A stretch of DNA of 64,000 nucleotides from assembly GCA_030648835.1 (NCBI GenBank), contig JAUSGT010000002.1:200081-264080 (forward strand). Reading direction: 5' to 3'. The notes under the pieces are model-generated. The model made no database searches. It saw only the letters and a program-made list of their open reading frames with translations, and was not told where the DNA came from. Position numbers and translations under genes: made by a program. The DNA is from Candidatus Moraniibacteriota bacterium. GTDB taxonomy: Bacteria > Patescibacteriota > Minisyncoccia > Moranbacterales > UBA1568. Shown in pieces: positions 40,980-48,301 of the stretch (position 1 is its first letter; every line of letters begins with the position of its first letter).

Positions 40980-41798
40980 ATGAATACTCATGGAACAGAC
41001 CGCTCGGTACCGACTATGCAACAGGTGAAGCAGCTGGGGATTTTACTTGGATTCATCCTGGAAATTGTGACCAGGATCGTTACACGCTATTTCTTCGCCT
41101 TGAACTCTGACGAAGCGAAGGCTACGCTCCAGAACAAAGGAGCCCTTTCCAAGAAAATCAAGGTTGCGCTTGCGCCGGTGTTTATGATGGCAGTCGATGA
41201 ATATGCTGCCCAACGAACGTATTGGGAAGGCATCTATCTCACTCACTACGGCATGGCTGCGGATTTCGGCGAAGTAACGGTGCCGGAGAAACCGACAGTC
41301 GGCAAGTGGCGCCTCATTTTCATTCTGAAGGGATTGACGATGAATCACGCGGCGGCCATGTACCGAAAAATTCTTGCGGCCATCGATCCACCGTGGCAAC
41401 TGGTACAGTATATCGATGATTTGGACGCGCAGATTCCTTACAACATTCGTACTTCGGCAGAATCCTATGCTCTTTGGGTACGGGATGGGCAAGAGGCTGA
41501 CGAGGAATTTCGTGCTCAAACGACCAGCCAAGCCGATCCGAATCAATTGATTGGTGTCACGCCGCTCGAGCGTCTCGTTCATGGAGCAGCCCATTTTGTT
41601 GAAACCAAACAACACCTCGACGAGAAAGGGATTACTATCTGTTCAGGTTCGCGCAATGCGGATGGCTGCGTGCCTTGCGTGTGCTCGTATCCGGACAGTC
41701 GCGAGGTGTGCGTGTTTTGGTACAATCTGGGCTATTCGTTTTCCGCTGGCGGTGTCCGTCGAACAGTAGCGCTGCCGCAGGCGGCGCAGACAGCTTAA
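40980..41798 (+). CDS. DGR target protein (variable C-terminal ligand-binding region)
   Basis: 272-aa ORF whose last ~40 codons are the VR (SRNADGCVPCVCSYPDSREVCVFWYNLGYSFSAGGVRR). N-terminal hydrophobic segment. Confidence 0.75.
   Translation: MNTHGTDRSVPTMQQVKQLGILLGFILEIVTRIVTRYFFALNSDEAKATLQNKGALSKKIKVALAPVFMMAVDEYAAQRTYWEGIYLTHYGMAADFGEVTVPEKPTVGKWRLIFILKGLTMNHAAAMYRKILAAIDPPWQLVQYIDDLDAQIPYNIRTSAESYALWVRDGQEADEEFRAQTTSQADPNQLIGVTPLERLVHGAAHFVETKQHLDEKGITICSGSRNADGCVPCVCSYPDSREVCVFWYNLGYSFSAGGVRRTVALPQAAQTA
41645..41766 (+). repeat. DGR variable repeat (VR)
   Basis: 122 bp that differs from the TR at 16 positions, all where the TR has A and the VR has T or G. Confidence 0.8.
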
Positions 41799-42106
41799 CC
41801 TCGATTCTCAACTCTTTTTCTCTTTTTTCCCCGCTGTGCGCGTGCGCGCAGCGGGCTTTTGTTTTTGTCTTTTTCCATCCTTTTCTCGAAAGCTTTGAGA
41901 AGTTGTTGTATACTACAGAAGGTTGTTAAGCCAGTCTTGCTTGGGCAAGATGATGGTTTGCCAAGAACTGAAACTGCCTGTGAGTATTTACGCATAGATT
42001 TTTCATGGTAGGAAATGATGCGACACAGCGCTCGTGACCACGAGGAACACAGATGCTCTGGCGACAGAGGTTCGGTGATAGGGATGGATACTCACAGTAA
42101 AGATGG

Positions 42107-42228
42107 AGGTTCGCGCAATGCGGATGGCAACGTGCCTTACGTGAACTCGAATCCGGACAATCGCAAGGTGAACGTGAATTGGTACAATCTGGACAATTCG
42201 AATTCCGCTGGCGGTGTCCGTCGAGAAG
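42107..42228 (+). repeat. DGR template repeat (TR)
   Basis: Non-coding cognate of the VR with A at all 16 variable positions, rich in AAC/AAT codon-equivalents. The overlapping ORF 42015-42281 is probably not a gene. Confidence 0.8.
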
Positions 42229-42249
42229 TTTCAACACAAGAACATCCCG

Positions 42250-42624
42250 CTAGAGTGCGGGATTTTGTGTCAGGTATTTGATCCAACCATTCGTCATTTT
42301 GGAAGTTTCAACGAGGAGAGCAGCTACCTCGATGTATGATTTTTCAGGGATGACCTTTTGTTCATATTCTATGCGCACCAGGTGTTTCAGGATTTCCAGA
42401 GAGACGCGTACATGCTCGAGTATTTCTCGTTTCTGATATTTCTGCGTGAGCGAGGCGCGAAGGATACCGCTCATGGTTTCTAGCGTGAGATGCTCAATAA
42501 CCTGGTGGATACCGAGTTTATCTCGTTTGGGAATCTTGTGTCCAATTTGGTACAGAGTGGCATATACTTGTTTGATACTATGAACAATCGAAATATCATT
42601 ACTCCGAAGGGGGGGGGGTAACAC
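42250..42624 (-). CDS. avd: Avd-like accessory variability determinant (four-helix-bundle family)
   Basis: 124-aa helical protein between the TR and the RT. Size and placement are typical of DGR Avd, though it is divergently oriented. The N-terminal PPP is encoded by a C10 tract. Confidence 0.55.
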   Translation of the reverse strand: MLPPPLRSNDISIVHSIKQVYATLYQIGHKIPKRDKLGIHQVIEHLTLETMSGILRASLTQKYQKREILEHVRVSLEILKHLVRIEYEQKVIPEKSYIEVAALLVETSKMTNGWIKYLTQNPAL

Positions 42625-42715
42625 TAGAGGAAATTTTTTTCATGATATTATCAGTGTAGCAAATCTTCTCGCCGCTTGGAAAGAGTTTCGGAAGGGAAAA
42701 AGGAAAAAAGGTGAT

Positions 42716-43672
42716 GTGGCTTTGTTTGAATTTCAACTGGAAGACAACTTACTGCAACTGCATCAAGAGCTGGCTTCCCAGACCTACAGGCACGGTCCCT
42801 ACGAAGGTTTTTATGTTTCTGATCCCAAGTTGAGGCACATTCACAAAGCTAGTGTGCGCGATCGAATTCTGCATCAAGCGATTTTCCGTGTGCTATATCC
42901 GATTTTTGACGCGCATTTTATTTATGATTCGTATTCATCGCGCGTTTCCAAGGGTACCCACTTTGGCGTGAAGCGCCTCTTGCAAGCCTGTCGCAAAGTA
43001 AGCGAGAATTGGAAAGCTCCGGCGTACGCGCTGAAATGTGATATACGCAGGTTTTTTGATTCGATAGATCATGCAATTTTGCGCAAGCTCGTCGTAAAGA
43101 AAATTACCGACCATAAGACGCTATGGTTGATCGATATCATTTTTGCAAGCTTTGAGAAAGAAAAAGGGAAAGGACTGCCGCTCGGAAATGTCACCAGCCA
43201 GCTTTTTGCCAATATCTATCTCAATGAGCTGGATCAATTCGCGAAACATACATTGAAGGCGAGGCATTACTTCCGTTATTGCGATGATTTTATTATTGTT
43301 CACCGCAATCGGATTTTTCTTGAAGAAGCATTGGTAAAAATAAGAGCCTTTGTTTCTGAAACATTGTTTTTGGAACTGCATCCTTATAAAGTGGAAATCC
43401 GCAAAGTCAGTCAGGGAATCGATTTTCTGGGCTATGTCATTTTGCCACACCGGACAGTCGTGCGGATGGCTACCAAGAGCCGTCTACTACGAAAGTTAAA
43501 CGATGCCCGAAAAAACTTTCGGACCGGGAAGATAACAGGAGAGACGTTTGGAAGTATTATACATTCTTACCTCGGCGTACTTTTACACTCACGGAACCGG
43601 AGAATAAGAAGATGGGTATGGAAGTTACGCGAGTTGACACAAAGCGGAGATAAAAATGTAAAGTGGCGGTGA
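42716..43672 (+). CDS. DGR reverse transcriptase
   Basis: RT motifs DIRRFFDSIDH (A), LPLGNVTSQLFANIYLNELD (DGR-type motif 4/B) and RYCDDFII (YxDD). Conserved N-terminal residues continue in frame upstream to about 42647 without a canonical start codon. Confidence 0.85.
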   Translation: MALFEFQLEDNLLQLHQELASQTYRHGPYEGFYVSDPKLRHIHKASVRDRILHQAIFRVLYPIFDAHFIYDSYSSRVSKGTHFGVKRLLQACRKVSENWKAPAYALKCDIRRFFDSIDHAILRKLVVKKITDHKTLWLIDIIFASFEKEKGKGLPLGNVTSQLFANIYLNELDQFAKHTLKARHYFRYCDDFIIVHRNRIFLEEALVKIRAFVSETLFLELHPYKVEIRKVSQGIDFLGYVILPHRTVVRMATKSRLLRKLNDARKNFRTGKITGETFGSIIHSYLGVLLHSRNRRIRRWVWKLRELTQSGDKNVKWR

Positions 43673-43682
43673 TTGACGAGAT

Positions 43683-43711
43683 GGTAAAAACGTGCTACAA
43701 TGGGTGTACAA
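43683..43711 (+). promoter_or_regulatory. Sigma70 promoter TTGACG-17-TACAAT
   Basis: Near-consensus hexamers immediately after the RT stop. Confidence 0.5.
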
Positions 43712-43717
43712 GTTTGA

Positions 43718-43971
43718 GGCGGGCCGCCACGACTGGGTCGGGCGAGCCTCGCCAAAACGGCGGGAGTTTCATGGGTGAAACGTCCGTTTTTCTTTTTCTA
43801 GGAAGGTCGGCAATGAAAATTGTTACTCTCCCTAGGGGAAATGTTCATTAAAAACAAAAACCAAAACAAAAAACAAAAACCTTTGTTTTCACCAAAAACA
43901 AGGCAAGTTCTCTTGCCTTGGCCTCTCGAAAAAGAGGCCAGATAGGCCGCTAACTCTTTAGCGGTCTTTTT
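43718..43971 (+). ncRNA. Candidate non-coding or leader transcript (GC-rich structured 5' part, CA-rich tract, terminator)
   Basis: Bounded by a promoter and a terminator hairpin (ccgctaa...tagcgg + T-run). Contains an (AAAAC)n-like tract. Only very short ORFs. Confidence 0.3.
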
Positions 43972-44011
43972 ATTGATTTAAAGCCTGTTCTCGGCTATAC
44001 TGGGCAATAAG

Positions 44012-44141
44012 CCCGGTAGTAGAACTTCGAAAGTTTTGGTATAGTAACGATATCTTCGGTATTCCTGCAATATGGGCTTTGTTGAAGCAAAAAATATAAT
44101 TCTTTTTTAAAACTTCGTTTGTTCGAAGTTTCACTACCGGG
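44012..44141. repeat. Inverted 20-mer pair R1/R2 (cccggtagtagaacttcgaa ... ttcgaagtttcactaccggg) abutting the murA start codon
   Basis: 18/20 complementary arms about 90 bp apart. The right arm ends 1 nt before the murA ATG. Confidence 0.55.
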
Positions 44142-44142
44142 T

Positions 44143-45405
44143 ATGGAAGTTTTTGAAATCGAGGGCGGAAAACGGCTCAAAGGACGGATTGCTGTTTCGG
44201 GACTGAAGAATGCCGCAACGCCCATTATTGCCGCGACGCTTCTCTCCAAAGAACCATGCGTCTTGAAAAATATCCCTCGTATCGAGGATGTTTTTCGCAT
44301 GCTGGAAATCTTAGAGAGCATGGGAGCGACAGCCAGGTGGCAGGGGCGGTCAACGGTGATGATCGATACGCGCGCGGTTGATCCAAAAAAAATAGACCAG
44401 GACAAAGTCAAGCGCTTACGTTCGTCGATTTTTCTTCTGGGAGCTTTAGCCGGTCGTTTTGAAAAATTTCATTTGCGGCAACCCGGCGGGTGTGTCATCG
44501 GCGCGCGTCCGGTAGAAACGCACATTGATGCTTTGACAAAACTGGGAGTGAAGATTGTCTCGGATGAAAAAGGGTATGCCGTCGATGCCGGAGGGAGGCA
44601 GAGTGCCAACATAGTGCTCAAAGAGTTTTCCGTGACAGCGACGGAGAATGCGATGCTTTTGGCCGCGACGCTTCCCGGAGTTACACAGATAAAAATTGCC
44701 GCTTGTGAACCGCACGTCGAAGATCTTGGACATTTTCTCGAAAAGATGGGCGCGCGGATCGAAGGACTGGGAACCCATACGCTTCGGATAACGGGCAAGA
44801 AACGACTCATCGGTGTGACACATACGATCGTTCCCGATCACAACGAGGCCGCGACATTTCTCATTCTTGGCGCGGCTACCGGAAGCGAAATCGCTGTCGT
44901 CAACGCTCGGAAAGAACACTTGGATATTGTTCTTGAGAAATTGGAGGAGTTTGGGGTTCGTTTCACGGTAAAGAAAAATGAGATTACGGTGCATCCCGCC
45001 AAAAAATTACGAGCTGTTTCAAAAGTCGACACCCGCACGTATCCCGGAGTTCCTACCGAGACGCAAGCGCTCTTCGGTATGCTCGCGACGCAGGCGGAGG
45101 GGGAGACACTCATTTTTGAAACTTTGTATGAAGGGCGTTTCAACTACATTCCCGAACTGGTGAAGATGGGAGCCAGAGCGACTATTCTCAATCCGCATCA
45201 GGTTATTGTTTCAGGGAAGACGCCACTCAAAGGGACAGTCATAAAGAGTTTTGATTTGCGCGCGGGGGCGACGCTTATTATCGCCGCGCTGGTCGCTCGG
45301 GGGAAGACGATTATCGAAGATATTTATCAGGTGGATCGCGGCTATGAACGTATCGAAGAGCGTCTGCAGAAAATTGGCGCGCGGATACGCCGGGTAGATT
45401 TGTAG
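44143..45405 (+). CDS. murA: UDP-N-acetylglucosamine 1-carboxyvinyltransferase
   Basis: MEVFEIEGGKRLKGRIAVSGLKNAATPIIAA EPSP-synthase-fold N-terminus. Start at the internal ATG. Confidence 0.9.
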   Translation: MEVFEIEGGKRLKGRIAVSGLKNAATPIIAATLLSKEPCVLKNIPRIEDVFRMLEILESMGATARWQGRSTVMIDTRAVDPKKIDQDKVKRLRSSIFLLGALAGRFEKFHLRQPGGCVIGARPVETHIDALTKLGVKIVSDEKGYAVDAGGRQSANIVLKEFSVTATENAMLLAATLPGVTQIKIAACEPHVEDLGHFLEKMGARIEGLGTHTLRITGKKRLIGVTHTIVPDHNEAATFLILGAATGSEIAVVNARKEHLDIVLEKLEEFGVRFTVKKNEITVHPAKKLRAVSKVDTRTYPGVPTETQALFGMLATQAEGETLIFETLYEGRFNYIPELVKMGARATILNPHQVIVSGKTPLKGTVIKSFDLRAGATLIIAALVARGKTIIEDIYQVDRGYERIEERLQKIGARIRRVDL

Positions 45406-45417
45406 AAAAAAGATATG

Positions 45418-45540
45418 CCCGGTAGTAGAATTTCGACCAGGCAATTTCAGGAGTGTATACACTAAGTTTAAACCAGAGGATTAAGAAGTGGCATAAGTTT
45501 CTTTGATGTATTAAATACATTGTCGAAATTTCACTACCGG
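45418..45540. repeat. Inverted 19-mer pair R3/R4 (cccggtagtagaatttcga ... tcgaaatttcactaccggg) abutting the mreB start codon
   Basis: Same architecture as R1/R2, with compensatory C:G to T:A changes in both arms. Confidence 0.55.
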
Positions 45541-45542
45541 GT

Positions 45543-46559
45543 ATGAAATCGATGTTTGTACGAAAAATCGGTATTGATCTCGGGACGACGAATACCCTGG
45601 TATTCGTGCCCGGCAAAGGAGTCGTCGTCAATGAACCTTCGGTGGTGGCGATTTCTTTGCTTGAGAACAAAGTGTTGGCTGTCGGGAACGAGGCCAAAGA
45701 AATGCTGGGGCGCACGCCGGATACGATCATCGCCAGCCAGCCACTGAGAGATGGAGCCATCGCCGATTACCGCGTGACGGAGGCGATGCTCAAATATTTC
45801 TTGAATCGCGTGAGCGGTCGGATTCGTTTTTTTCGTCCGGAAGTGGTCCTCTCTATTCCGGCCGGTGTCACTTCAACGGAGCGACGTGCTGTCATTGACG
45901 CGGCGCTCAAGGCCGGTGCCAAAGCGGCGTACGTGGTGAAGGAGCCGATTTTGGCGGCCATAGGCGCGGGTATCCCGATTCACGCGGCGCAGGGGAATAT
46001 GATCATCAATGTCGGTGGTGGCACATCGGAGATTGCTATCATTTCTCTTGGTGGTATCGTGGCGGCGCACAGCGCCCGCGTTGGCGGTAACCGGATTGAT
46101 CAGGCCATTTCCGATTACATCAAGCGCAAATACAGTTTGGCTATCGGTGATCGGACAGCAGAGGAAATCAAAATAAAAATCGGATCAGCCATCGCTCAGG
46201 TGAAGGAGGACCACGTAGAAGTGCGCGGTCGCGATCTGATGGGGGGATTGCCGAAAACCGTCCTCATTTCTTCCAACGAAGTGACGGAAGCTATTCAGGA
46301 TGAGTTACGGGAAATCATCAATGTTATCAAGACTGTCCTTCAAGAAACACCGCCGGAATTGGCGGCGGATATTATGGACAAGGGGATGGTACTTTCGGGA
46401 GGGACAGCTCGGCTCAAGCATTTGGATCAGCTTATTTCCAAAACTATCAACGTGCCGTGTTATGTGGCGGATGACCCAGCATTGTGCGTGGTGAAAGGCA
46501 CCGGCATCGTACTGGAGAATCTGGAAGTGTATAAAAGGAGCATTATGCTTGCAAAATAG
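45543..46559 (+). CDS. mreB: Rod shape-determining protein MreB
   Basis: IGIDLGTTNTLVFV actin-fold phosphate-1 motif. Confidence 0.9.
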   Translation: MKSMFVRKIGIDLGTTNTLVFVPGKGVVVNEPSVVAISLLENKVLAVGNEAKEMLGRTPDTIIASQPLRDGAIADYRVTEAMLKYFLNRVSGRIRFFRPEVVLSIPAGVTSTERRAVIDAALKAGAKAAYVVKEPILAAIGAGIPIHAAQGNMIINVGGGTSEIAIISLGGIVAAHSARVGGNRIDQAISDYIKRKYSLAIGDRTAEEIKIKIGSAIAQVKEDHVEVRGRDLMGGLPKTVLISSNEVTEAIQDELREIINVIKTVLQETPPELAADIMDKGMVLSGGTARLKHLDQLISKTINVPCYVADDPALCVVKGTGIVLENLEVYKRSIMLAK

Positions 46560-46618
46560 CTTCTTAGTTTTGAGACGGTCTATAATTTCAAAGATTTTTT
46601 GTTTCTGCTCCAGACTTG

Positions 46619-46696
46619 CCAAGGCTTTTGGTTAGCGAAAAAAATCGCCTCCAATCGACGGCGGGACACAGCTCTTTTTTCGAACCAAGAGCCTTG
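46619..46696. repeat. Palindromic repeat family Y, copy 2
   Basis: Imperfect palindrome sharing the core agcgaaaaaa...aatcgacggcggga...cttttttcgaacc with the copy at 5653-5728. Confidence 0.45.
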
Positions 46697-46796
46697 CCTC
46701 AGACAAGTGGAGCAACCAAAAAAAATCTTTGAAATTACAAGACATGGGGGTTTCTCTGATTTCCAGCCTGATTCATGATTCTTAATTCCCGATTCT

Positions 46797-47960
46797 ATGT
46801 TAATAGGTATCGATGCATCGAGAGCATTTCTCAGACGGCGGACGGGGATCGAGGAATACGCTTACCAGACCATCAAATACTTGTGCAGTGTCATTTCTGG
46901 AAAAGACACTGTTGTTTTGTATATTCGTAAAAAATTGGAAGTCGAAAATTGGAAATTGAAAATTCGCACGCCCGAAATAGACTTTGAAGTACCGAAAAAT
47001 TGGGAAGTAAGAGGCATATGGGCGCCACGCTTTTGGACACAGATTGGTCTATCGCTTGAGATGTTGTGGCGAGCGCCTGACGTGCTTTTTATTCCGGCCC
47101 ATACCGTACCTTTGGTACATCCCAAAAAAACTATCGTGACGATCCATGGTTTGGAATACGAATTTTGCAAAAAGGGGTATGCGTGGTGGGAGCGGCTCTA
47201 TATGCATTTCTCTATTCGTTACTCATGTCGGGTCGCCTCTACGGTGGTTTGTGTTTCGGAAAATACCAAACGGGATGTGATGAAACTCTATGGCGTAGCG
47301 GAAGAGAAGATCAAGGTTATTTATGAAGGGTATTCGACTTGTCATTCCGAACGAAGTGAGGAACCCCGTAACATTCAGGAAAGCGATACAAAGGACGGGA
47401 TCCCTCGGCAAGCTCGGGATGACGTCAAAAAACCATATCTTCTTTTTACTGGGAGATTGGAAACGAGAAAAAACATTGTGCGGATTATCGAGGCTTTTGA
47501 GATATTGAAAGAAAAATATTGCATTCCACATCAGTTAGTGCTCGTTGGCAAACCAGGATATGGGTATGAGCGTATCAAGTATCAAGTATCAAGTATCAAG
47601 TATAAGAGTGATGTTATCGAACTCGGCTATGTGAGCGAAGGAGAGAAATGGGAGTTGTTGAAAAACGCCGATGTATTTTTGTTTCCGACATTGTATGAAG
47701 GGTTTGGGCTGCCGGTTCTGGAGGCACAGAGTGTCGGGGTGCCGGTCGTGGTTTCCAGCATTTCATCTTTGCCAGAGGTGGCGGGTAGTGGCGCGGTATT
47801 GGTGGATCCATTGAGTGTGGAAAGCATCGCAGAGGGCATAGAGAAGGTGCTTTCGGACAAGGGGCTGCGAGATGATATAATAGAAAAAGGATTGAAGAAC
47901 GTGGGACGTTTCAGTTGGCAGAAATGCGCGGAGGAAATTGTGGAATTACTCCAGAAATGA
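46797..47960 (+). CDS. GT4-family glycosyltransferase containing a 7-bp tandem repeat
   Basis: C-terminal GT-B motifs (FLFPTLYEGFGLPVLEAQSVGVPVV). Carries (gtatcaa)x4 at 47572-47599. Confidence 0.8.
   Translation: MLIGIDASRAFLRRRTGIEEYAYQTIKYLCSVISGKDTVVLYIRKKLEVENWKLKIRTPEIDFEVPKNWEVRGIWAPRFWTQIGLSLEMLWRAPDVLFIPAHTVPLVHPKKTIVTIHGLEYEFCKKGYAWWERLYMHFSIRYSCRVASTVVCVSENTKRDVMKLYGVAEEKIKVIYEGYSTCHSERSEEPRNIQESDTKDGIPRQARDDVKKPYLLFTGRLETRKNIVRIIEAFEILKEKYCIPHQLVLVGKPGYGYERIKYQVSSIKYKSDVIELGYVSEGEKWELLKNADVFLFPTLYEGFGLPVLEAQSVGVPVVVSSISSLPEVAGSGAVLVDPLSVESIAEGIEKVLSDKGLRDDIIEKGLKNVGRFSWQKCAEEIVELLQK
47572..47606 (+). repeat. Heptanucleotide tandem repeat (gtatcaa x4 + gtataag) within the GT4 coding sequence
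   Basis: Direct reading. The unit is not a multiple of 3. Currently in frame, encoding IKYQVSSIKYK. Confidence 0.8.
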
Positions 47961-48023
47961 AGGAAACCGCAGACGTTAGTCGGCGGCTTCGAGGTTGGGC
48001 GCAGCGCGCCGGGAATGGTTGGC

Positions 48024-48224
48024 CTACGGACGGGGAGGTAACCTGTCCAGAACCTCAAAGAGGAGGAGTACTCCTGTTACGAGGCATAGAACGACGAGGG
48101 AGGTGAAGATTCCAGCGGCCATTCCGAGGTCTGCATTGCCGGTGGCCTGCCGAATGTAATCGTAAATTTGGTAACTCGATCCCAAGCTTGCTAACACGCT
48201 TACCAGTAAACGCCAAGGTTTCAT
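48024..48224 (-). CDS. Small membrane protein (66 aa), hypothetical
   Basis: ATG 5 nt downstream of a ggagg RBS on the minus strand. Two hydrophobic helices. Confidence 0.5.
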   Translation of the reverse strand: MKPWRLLVSVLASLGSSYQIYDYIRQATGNADLGMAAGIFTSLVVLCLVTGVLLLFEVLDRLPPRP

Positions 48225-48301
48225 GATTTCCTCCGTTGAGGTTGCAAAATAACCAAACAATAAACCAAATTTAGTTTACCGTCCAGTATAGCATATATTC
48301 T

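Noticed and set aside
40814-41110. 98-aa ORF overlapping the 5' end of the DGR target gene
   Set aside because: It is in a different frame, without an RBS. The 40980 frame has an aagga RBS and continues into the VR.
42015-42281. 88-aa plus-strand ORF covering the template repeat
   Set aside because: The region is the DGR TR. The apparent protein similarity to the target C-terminus is the VR/TR homology, not a paralogous gene.
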